IMG/VR virus record: IMGVR_UViG_3300025133_000023 | DNA: 64,000 bases | Source: a virus | Strand: one strand, 5' to 3' | Shown: positions 1-6,611 of the stretch, piece after piece | Position numbering within the stretch: the stretch's first letter is position 1 | Layout of the letters: every line of letters begins with the position of its first letter | The notes under the pieces: model-generated | What the model saw: only the letters and a program-made list of their open reading frames with translations | Told to the model about the DNA's origin: nothing | The model's database searches: none | Made by a program: the position numbers and the translations under genes

Positions 1-8
1 AAATATCT

Positions 9-78
9 GGGAAGTTCATCTAATTCAAGACACGGCATAGTAGTCGTGAATGCAGGCTAAATCCTGCCCTTCCCACCA
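9..78 (+). pseudogene. degenerate tRNA-like element
   Basis: GGGAAG/CTTCCC acceptor pairing, A-CCA end, D arm, ACGGC/GTCGT stem with 6-nt loop ATAGTA, GCAGG/CCTGC T stem with 6-nt loop CTAAAT. Confidence 0.55.
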
Positions 79-85
79 AAGACAT

Positions 86-168
86 AGCCAGATAGCTCAA
101 TATCTAGAGCATCGTATGCCCACTGACCTCTATGAAGGTTCCAGGTTAGAGTCCTGGTCTGGCTACCA
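86..168 (+). ncRNA. tRNA-like element with 14-nt anticodon loop
   Basis: Perfect 7-bp acceptor AGCCAGA/TCTGGCT, ACCA end, GCTC/GAGC D stem, CCAGG/CCTGG T stem; anticodon stem TCGTA/TATGA encloses 14 nt. Confidence 0.65.
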
Positions 169-194
169 CAACTTAAACCACATTCGGAGATAAT

Positions 195-830
195 GTGGAT
201 ACTATCCATACCCCTCGCTCAAAACTACTGTTCTTTTTTACAGTGCAATGGTGGTGCTGGCTGGTTGCTCATCTCCTCTTCAACTTCAGAGTAATCAACA
301 AAGAACACATCCCTCGTGATGGGGCGTGTGTATTGGCGTGTAATCATGTCTCATTTGTAGACTGGTTGCTTTTAAGTGCAGTATCTCCAAGACCCATCAG
401 ATTTACAATGTATGTAGGATACTTTTCAAGCAATCCCTTACTAAGATGGTTCTTTAATGCAGGACAAGTAGTTCCCATCTGTAGTAAAAAACAAGATGAA
501 GAAATCTATAAGCAAGCTTTCGGTGAAATCTCTAGACATCTCAGTTACGATCGTCTAGTATGCATATTCCCTGAAGGTATACTCACAACAGACGGTGAGA
601 TGCATGAGTTTAAGCATGGTATCGATAAGATCCTCAAGCGTGACCAAGTCCCTGTCATACCAGCACGACTCAGTTACTCCCTATGGGGACACTGGTCAAC
701 CAAGAGCGAAAGCAACTTTAGACTTTGGAAAAGACCTATAGTAAATCTCATTTTTGGTAAAAAAATTGAACCCAGTTTAGCTACAGCTCACTATCTGGAG
801 TGTACAATTAGAAAAATGAAAGTTTCATAG
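195..830 (+). CDS. plsC: lysophospholipid acyltransferase (PlsC-like)
   Basis: NHVSFVD (HxxxxD) and FPEG motifs; N-terminal hydrophobic segment. Confidence 0.85.
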   Translation: MDTIHTPRSKLLFFFTVQWWCWLVAHLLFNFRVINKEHIPRDGACVLACNHVSFVDWLLLSAVSPRPIRFTMYVGYFSSNPLLRWFFNAGQVVPICSKKQDEEIYKQAFGEISRHLSYDRLVCIFPEGILTTDGEMHEFKHGIDKILKRDQVPVIPARLSYSLWGHWSTKSESNFRLWKRPIVNLIFGKKIEPSLATAHYLECTIRKMKVS

Positions 831-891
831 AAGAAGAGGAAGCACGAGAACTGCTAGCCGAACTCAAGGAACGCTTCGAAGAAGATTGATC

Positions 892-980
892 GGGTTCAGG
901 TAGGGAGTTAAAAAGGTAACGCTCTGAACTCTGCCCACAAATGGGCTAGATACACAAGCTTGTCTCCCTGAGCTTGTGTC
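892..980 (+). ncRNA. candidate structured ncRNA with loop-loop pairing
   Basis: Stems 893-899/924-930, 933-936/943-946, 952-960/971-979; loop AGGGAG 902-907 complementary to loop CTCCCT 964-969. Confidence 0.5.
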
Positions 981-991
981 ATAATACCTTC

Positions 992-1261
992 ATGCTACTC
1001 AAGATTAAAAAAACTTGGCTCCCAGTATTGTGGGAACTCAACACACTCGGAACAACTGAAGCTCTAACAGCATTGCGTGGACTAGAAAAACTAGGACTCG
1101 TAACTTGGGACCATGATCCTATTGAAAAAAGATACTTCGGAAACCTTACTGTTCTTGGTAAAGCCGTGCTCGACATCATTAACAAGGGTAGAATTCACGA
1201 ACTCAATCAAGCGAAAGCATGCAGGAAGTATGTTACCCTTGAAATTCAAACTTCATCGTAG
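992..1261 (+). CDS. hypothetical protein (possible winged-helix)
   Basis: Fills the gap before tRNA-Gln; ATG at 992 chosen over TTG 974. Confidence 0.5.
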   Translation: MLLKIKKTWLPVLWELNTLGTTEALTALRGLEKLGLVTWDHDPIEKRYFGNLTVLGKAVLDIINKGRIHELNQAKACRKYVTLEIQTSS

Positions 1262-1334
1262 AGGTGTAGCTCAATGGCAGAGCGCTTGGCTTTGACCCAA
1301 GTCGTTATAGGTTCAAATCCTATCATCTCCACCA
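1260..1334 (+). tRNA. tRNA-Gln(TTG)
   Basis: Cloverleaf, CTTGG/CCAAG stem with loop CT-TTG-AC, TTCAAAT T loop, CCA end; A1:C72 mismatch. Confidence 0.9.
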
Positions 1335-1426
1335 AAAATCAAGGCTAATTAGGAAACAAGTCGAAGGAGCTTCTGACTTACTAAGTTTCCGTGTCCGATC
1401 AGGGCTAAGCCCACAAAGAATAGTAT

Positions 1427-1511
1427 GGATCTGTAGCATTGGGGTAATGCGCCGGCCTGTTAAGCCGTGACCGAAAAGTCTAAGTAGGTTCAACTCCTAT
1501 CGGGTCCTCCA
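1427..1511 (+). tRNA. tRNA-Asn(GTT) with long variable arm
   Basis: Loop CT-GTT-AA; variable arm GAC-CGAAAA-GTC; U73; CCA end. Confidence 0.85.
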
Positions 1512-1524
1512 TTTCAAAATACAA

Positions 1525-1608
1525 GGCGTACAGTCTGTCTGGGAACAGAAGCGGTCTGTAAAACCGTGCTTTAATCGGGTCTAAGTTCGAATCTTAGGTG
1601 CGCCACCA
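1525..1608 (+). tRNA. tRNA-Tyr(GTA)
   Basis: GGCGTAC/GTGCGCC acceptor, CT-GTA-AA loop, long variable arm, CCA. Confidence 0.92.
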
Positions 1609-1628
1609 AAATACATAAAGGACACACA

Positions 1629-2336
1629 TTGACTGGACCAAAGATTGCTCCTAGCAATAAGAACGAACGTACTCACATCATTTATATCCTTGACCGGTCT
1701 GGCTCTATGCTTTCCATTAAGGACGCAACCATTGAAGCATTCAATGAGTTCCTTTCAGGACAACAGTCAGAAGAAGGTGAAGTAACATTCACTCTTGTTC
1801 AGTTCGATGACCAATACGAAGTGGTATACGATGGCATTCCTTTGAGTGAAGTTGCTCCGCTTAACAACACAACCTTCATGCCACGTGGCATGACCGCTCT
1901 TCTTGATGCTCAGGGTAGAACCATCAACTCTACCCTGCAGGGAATCAAGACCATGCCTGCACACAAGCGACCAACAAAGGTTATTTGTGTTGTCCAAACA
2001 GATGGACACGAAAACTCTTCAAAGGAATTCAATCAGTTCCACGTCAACAAGATGGTCAAAGCTGCTGAAGAAGAGCACAAGTGGGAAATGATCTTCCTTG
2101 GCGCTACTGAAGATGCAATCTCAGTCGCCATCGATTATGGCTACGTTCCAACCAAGGCTCTCAAATGGTCAGCCAATGACCTAGGAGCAAGAGGAGCCAT
2201 GGCAAGCGCAAGCTCCTACATTACTCGTACACGCACAGCAACTCCTGATGAGGTCATGGCATTTACTGACCTTGAAAGAACACAGGCCGAGGGTGAAGTT
2301 GGAGCCCTAGACTCAACCATTGACCCCAACGAGTAA
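1629..2336 (+). CDS. standalone von Willebrand A domain protein
   Basis: ILDRSGSM MIDAS motif, GMTALLDA, TDGHEN. Confidence 0.85.
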   Translation: MTGPKIAPSNKNERTHIIYILDRSGSMLSIKDATIEAFNEFLSGQQSEEGEVTFTLVQFDDQYEVVYDGIPLSEVAPLNNTTFMPRGMTALLDAQGRTINSTLQGIKTMPAHKRPTKVICVVQTDGHENSSKEFNQFHVNKMVKAAEEEHKWEMIFLGATEDAISVAIDYGYVPTKALKWSANDLGARGAMASASSYITRTRTATPDEVMAFTDLERTQAEGEVGALDSTIDPNE

Positions 2337-2344
2337 GAAAACCT

Positions 2345-2420
2345 GGACCCTTAGCTCAACAGGTAGAGCGTCGGACTTTTAATCCGATGGTTCTCGGTTC
2401 GATTCCGAGGGGGTTCACCA
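2345..2420 (+). tRNA. tRNA-Lys(TTT)
   Basis: Canonical cloverleaf, TCGGA/TCCGA stem, CT-TTT-AA loop, CCA. Confidence 0.95.
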
Positions 2421-2440
2421 AAAAGAAAGGCATCATCACA

Positions 2441-2824
2441 ATGCTAACACCTCAGCAAGCAACGGACTATACCCTAGCTCTTGCCGTTGATCCAACACTT
2501 AGCGAAGACACATTTCTTGAAATGGAAATTAGCTTCTACTCTTGGGATAGAAAAAACCCAACAGCTATGAAGCGAAAGCTCGACTACGCTAGAGGAAAAC
2601 TCTATCGACGGAACACACTCAAGTGTGAAAACAAAAAGAGTCGTAAGGCAGGTCGTTGCTACCGTACTGGTGAAGAAGACTGGAGTCGTCAAGACAACGC
2701 TCCTCTTACTCAAAAGGATATTGACATGATCAATGCTCTTGAGTATGGTCAGTACACAAGAACAAAGAACGTAGCGGGTGATATGGTCGCCCACCTCACT
2801 TGGGCATGCGACTCAAGCGATTGA
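2441..2824 (+). CDS. hypothetical phage protein
   Basis: ATG at 2441 after tRNA-Lys (track start 2387 lies inside the tRNA). Confidence 0.7.
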   Translation: MLTPQQATDYTLALAVDPTLSEDTFLEMEISFYSWDRKNPTAMKRKLDYARGKLYRRNTLKCENKKSRKAGRCYRTGEEDWSRQDNAPLTQKDIDMINALEYGQYTRTKNVAGDMVAHLTWACDSSD

Positions 2825-2833
2825 TAGATATCA

Positions 2834-2908
2834 GCGCTCGTAGCTCAATGGTAGAGCACTGCCTTGCCAAGGCAGAGGTTGAGAGTTCGAATCCCTCCGT
2901 CCGCTCCA
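2834..2908 (+). tRNA. tRNA-Gly(GCC), two acceptor-stem mismatches
   Basis: CTGCC/GGCAG stem, TT-GCC-AA loop, U73, CCA; C:C and T:T at acceptor pairs 4-5. Confidence 0.85.
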
Positions 2909-2909
2909 A

Positions 2910-3086
2910 GTTCAAGAGAACAGACAGCAAACTACCTTTACAGATAAGCAATTCACTGATAATGAATAGATAGTTGGTGCGAATCCAACCTTGGCCACCA
3001 TGATCTCTATAGGCAAGAGCCAGTTCGATTCTGGCAGAGGTATACTACGGCCAAGAAGCTAATTAAAAACAGTTCCCTGTTTGAGC
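2910..3086 (+). ncRNA. ACAGCAAAC-stem ncRNA 1 enclosing circularly permuted tRNA-Ile(GAT)
   Basis: Anticodon arm 2951-2967, T arm 2973-2989, CTTGGCC-A-CCA 2990-3000; complementary GGCCAAG at 3049-3055 lies downstream; terminal stems 2910-2921/3072-3086. Confidence 0.7.
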
Positions 3087-3130
3087 CCCTCATGCTTACC
3101 CTCCAAGCCAGGAGGATAGTATGGGGGCTC
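3083..3130 (+). other. long hairpin between ncRNA 1 and tRNA-Thr
   Basis: GAGCCCC..CATGCT..CCTCC/GGAGG..AGTATG..GGGGCTC. Confidence 0.4.
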
Positions 3131-3167
3131 TTCTTGTTTGCTCTAAAATTATTGTAATGGATACTCT

Positions 3168-3241
3168 GCCGGTATGGTGTAGTGGTAACACAGTTGTTTT
3201 GTAATCAACTACTGAAGGTTCGATTCCTTCTATCGGCACCA
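3168..3241 (+). tRNA. tRNA-Thr(TGT)
   Basis: GCCGGTA/TATCGGC acceptor, TT-TGT-AA loop, CCA. Confidence 0.92.
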
Positions 3242-3274
3242 TCAATATAATACAAACATTCGTTAAGGAAAACA

Positions 3275-3787
3275 TTGCGAACACAAACAGATCAAACTAG
3301 AATCAACCATCAAATTCGAGCACGTCAGGTAAGGCTCATCGATTCCACAGGCAACAACGTCGGAGTCATGGGAACCAGACAAGCACTAGAGCTAGCAAGA
3401 GACACTAGTCTCGACCTAGTAGAGGTTAACTCTAATGTTAATCCTCCCATCTGTAAGCTCATGGACTATGGAAAGTTCCAGTACGACAAGAAGAAGGCAG
3501 AGAAAGCTCGACCTAGAGCCATCTCCGTTAAGGAGGTAAAGCTTACTCCTCAAATGGGAGAGTCCGATCTTCAAGTCAGGCTTACCCGAGCCATTGAGTT
3601 CCTCACCAAGGGACACATAATTAGAGTTACAATGGAATTCAAAAAGGGATACCAGCGTAGGCAAGACCTTGGGGACGAGAAACTTGCCATGTTTGTAGAA
3701 GAACTAGATGGTATTGGTAACTGGGATGGCGATGCCAAGCCTAGTAAGCGAGGAGTAACATTCACGTTTACTCCTTGCTCTAAGTAA
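3275..3787 (+). CDS. infC: translation initiation factor IF3
   Basis: RINHQIRARQVRLID, LDLVEV, PPICKLMDYGKFQY, KEVKL..IF3 C-domain; TTG start. Confidence 0.95.
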   Translation: MRTQTDQTRINHQIRARQVRLIDSTGNNVGVMGTRQALELARDTSLDLVEVNSNVNPPICKLMDYGKFQYDKKKAEKARPRAISVKEVKLTPQMGESDLQVRLTRAIEFLTKGHIIRVTMEFKKGYQRRQDLGDEKLAMFVEELDGIGNWDGDAKPSKRGVTFTFTPCSK

Positions 3788-3794
3788 AAGAATT

Positions 3795-3816
3795 TGCTAA
3801 GTTTAAGAACTTAGCA
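3795..3816 (+). terminator. hairpin after infC
   Basis: TGCTAAGTT-TAAG-AACTTAGCA perfect 9 bp; no long U tract. Confidence 0.4.
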
Positions 3817-3818
3817 CT

Positions 3819-3941
3819 GAGTATTAAGGGTACTCACAGCAAACAATTTCACTCGCAAGAGTGTTGGGTTCGATTCCCAGTAAACCTGCCAAAATTAGGT
3901 TTAGCCAAAGGTGGCTATTAAATGTACCCTGACCAATACTC
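3819..3941 (+). ncRNA. ACAGCAAAC-stem ncRNA 2, permuted tRNA-like (YrlA-like topology)
   Basis: Variable-like arm 3850-3863, T arm 3864-3880, TAAACCT-G-CCA 3881-3891, AGGTTTA 3897-3903, D-like hairpin 3904-3915, terminal stems 3819-3833/3924-3941. Confidence 0.7.
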
Positions 3942-3959
3942 GACTAGATATGATGGCAT

Positions 3960-4044
3960 GCCGGGATGGCGGAATTGGTAGACGCGCTGGTTTTAGGAAC
4001 CAGTATCTTCGGGTGTGCAGGTTCAAGTCCTGTTCCCGGTACCA
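3960..4044 (+). tRNA. tRNA-Leu(TAG)
   Basis: Class II cloverleaf, CTGGT/ACCAG stem, TT-TAG-GA loop, CCA. Confidence 0.95.
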
Positions 4045-4065
4045 TCACATCAAGAACATACTAAG

Positions 4066-4104
4066 CCTTAGTCCCTCCTTAACGAGGGGCTAAGGTTTTT
4101 TTTT
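4066..4104 (+). terminator. rho-independent terminator
   Basis: CCTTAGTCCCTC/GAGGGGCTAAGG stem followed by 9 T. Confidence 0.9.
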
Positions 4105-4119
4105 GAAAGTTAAATGAAC

Positions 4120-4362
4120 ATGTTATTGGTAAGCAACAACCAACCCAGCTTTAGACTAGAGACGCTCTTTTGCAAACCATTCGTAGTGCAGTCAGAAGAA
4201 AACAACGCTTGGTTTACCAATTCCTTTGTAAATGAAACTAACTGGGTAGGACTCGTATCGATGCGAGGACCACGTCGGACTGCCTTTAAGGATGGTGTCC
4301 TAAGACCTAACTATATACTCATTGTGTTCTTGCACGATAAAAAGTTGATACAAACTATATGA
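4120..4362 (+). CDS. small hypothetical protein, MLLVS N-terminus
   Basis: Only ORF in the gap; overlaps rIIA start (ATGA); ATG 4114 is an alternative start. Confidence 0.6.
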   Translation: MLLVSNNQPSFRLETLFCKPFVVQSEENNAWFTNSFVNETNWVGLVSMRGPRRTAFKDGVLRPNYILIVFLHDKKLIQTI

Positions 4363-6608
4363 AACTAGAAAAGAAAAAGATTAGAACAGAAGAACATGGA
4401 GTATTAAGCGAAGCCAAGTTTGGTATTAGTGAATTCGATCAGGTACACATCCTAACAATCCTCAGAGACAAGCTCTACTCTAACAAGATTAGAGCATTCG
4501 TAAGAGAGTACTCAACCAACGCAACAGACGCTCATGTCTATGCAGACTGTCCAGAACGACCCATTAAGATTACTCTTCCAAGCCGCTTCGGCCCCGTGTT
4601 CTCAGTAAGAGACTTCGGTGATGGTCTTAGCGAGACTGACATCTATGAAATCTATGTAAGGTACGGAGCCTCCACCAAGAGAGAGTCCAACGATGCCATT
4701 GGGCAACTAGGACTGGGGTGTAAGAGCGCTTTCGCCTACACTGATGCCTTTACTATCAACTCATGGCACAAAGGCATACACTCCATCTACAGCGCCTTCA
4801 TCGATGAGACTAATGTCGGCAAGGTAACTAAGCTGTCTGCCATGCCTTCTGCAGATCCTTCTGGTGTTCGCATTGATATTCCAGTAGCAATGAAAGACAT
4901 TGATACGGTAAAGAAAGAAGCCAAGCACTGTTATAGATTCTTTACTGTTCGCCCCGAAATAAACATTCCTATTGTCCAAGAGAAAGTAATCAGCTCAGGC
5001 ACAGGATGGAAGCTTCTCCAGTACGAAACAGGGGCGGGTCGCTATAAATGGCGTAACGGAAGGAACGTCTTTGTCTCTGCAGAACCAGCTTACGCAGTCA
5101 TGGGTGACATTGGTTATCCTATTGACACTGAGCAAATCACTGGCTCCTCTGAAATGGTAGAAACCCTTATCGAAAGTCCCATCCTTATTCAATTCAATAT
5201 TGGTGACCTCTCCATTGCTGCTAACAGAGAAACCCTTGAGTACACCTCTCACACTATTGGTAACATTAAAAAACGTCTAGCTGCTGTAGGAGAAGAACTT
5301 CGAACCTCTCTTGTTCATGAGCTAGAGTCTTGCGTTACCCCATGGGATGCACGCATCAAAGCAAGGCAAATCTCTACACTTGGACTTACTGGCAACACTA
5401 GTCTGATTAAAACTTTGCTCCACTCTTCTCCCAAATGGAAGCATATCGGTGGAATCACTGAGCAAACCGTTCACATCACAGGCTATAACAATCAGAAACT
5501 TGTTCCTCGTTTACTTCGTAACGATAGAACTACTGTTTCTCAAGATAACTATCAAGGGAAGTATGCCAAGGTTGATGAGTCTACCGTTGTCTTCTATGTA
5601 GACACAAAGAATGCATGGCTCCGGCGTGCTCTACTTTTACGTAGCGACATCAAGAACAAGCACGATCTAACAGAAGTCAATGCTATCATCATTAAAGGAG
5701 AAGGACGAAGCATCGCCTCCCAGGTAGAACTTGAAACCTACCTTAAGCACAAGAACATCGACGGTGTTCCAGTCTATAAACTTAGCGAAGTAGACTACAC
5801 CAAAGTTACAGCAACAGGTAAAGTCTCCACTCCTCAAGGCGTCAAAACATCTGTTCTTATTCAAAATCCACAAGGCTGGTCCTCAACACGACAAAGCAGA
5901 TGGAACCCAACAACGACTGACCTTGCTAGCGGGAAAGGAGTCTATGCGATCATAGATCGCTTCCGAGCCATTGATTACAAGAACAATGAAGGCAGCTACA
6001 TCACTCGTCCTTGCTGGTCTACTGGATTTAAGCTAGTTGACTCAGAAAAAGAAGGACTGTGGGATAAAGCTGAACGATTACGTGCATTTACAGCCTACAA
6101 AGACCTTGTCGTTTATGGGTTCAAACCTCGTATTCGTGATAAAATAGGTAGTGGATGGATGGAATTCAAAGACTACTACAAGGTTGAATTCTTAAAGGCA
6201 ATTCAATCAGACACAACCTTTTTTGAAAACCTTAGCTTGATGAGAACAATGCATATGCTTAATAGGCATTGCTCAGCTCTTCATCAAGACCAAGACCTAC
6301 CAGCTCCTTCTGAAATCAAAGACCCAACAAGTCTAGTCGCTGAGTTCCTTTCGCTAGCCAAAAAAGTTACAGTATTTAGGACAACAGTATGGAAAGACAA
6401 GTCCATCCAGATCAAGCTAACAGATGCTAATGCTGAACTCTCTTCTATCTATGGTGAAGGCAATCCTATCGTTGGAATTGAATCAGACGAACTAGTTGAG
6501 AAAATTAACAATGCATATCCAATGCTCAGATACACTGGGCTTTCCTTCCAAGAGGAACGAAGGAAAGACATGATCGCCTATATTAATAAAGTAGACGGAG
6601 ATAAATAA
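4359..6608 (+). CDS. rIIA: RIIA-like protein (GHKL ATPase N-terminus)
   Basis: LYSNKIRAFVREYSTNATDAH, RDFGDGL, GQLGLGCKS; followed by an rIIB-like gene. Confidence 0.88.
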   Translation: MKLEKKKIRTEEHGVLSEAKFGISEFDQVHILTILRDKLYSNKIRAFVREYSTNATDAHVYADCPERPIKITLPSRFGPVFSVRDFGDGLSETDIYEIYVRYGASTKRESNDAIGQLGLGCKSAFAYTDAFTINSWHKGIHSIYSAFIDETNVGKVTKLSAMPSADPSGVRIDIPVAMKDIDTVKKEAKHCYRFFTVRPEINIPIVQEKVISSGTGWKLLQYETGAGRYKWRNGRNVFVSAEPAYAVMGDIGYPIDTEQITGSSEMVETLIESPILIQFNIGDLSIAANRETLEYTSHTIGNIKKRLAAVGEELRTSLVHELESCVTPWDARIKARQISTLGLTGNTSLIKTLLHSSPKWKHIGGITEQTVHITGYNNQKLVPRLLRNDRTTVSQDNYQGKYAKVDESTVVFYVDTKNAWLRRALLLRSDIKNKHDLTEVNAIIIKGEGRSIASQVELETYLKHKNIDGVPVYKLSEVDYTKVTATGKVSTPQGVKTSVLIQNPQGWSSTRQSRWNPTTTDLASGKGVYAIIDRFRAIDYKNNEGSYITRPCWSTGFKLVDSEKEGLWDKAERLRAFTAYKDLVVYGFKPRIRDKIGSGWMEFKDYYKVEFLKAIQSDTTFFENLSLMRTMHMLNRHCSALHQDQDLPAPSEIKDPTSLVAEFLSLAKKVTVFRTTVWKDKSIQIKLTDANAELSSIYGEGNPIVGIESDELVEKINNAYPMLRYTGLSFQEERRKDMIAYINKVDGDK

Positions 6609-6611
6609 AGT

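Noticed and set aside
1629-2336. vWA protein as the Ro60 partner of the Y-like RNAs
   Set aside because: Only 235 aa with no TROVE domain.
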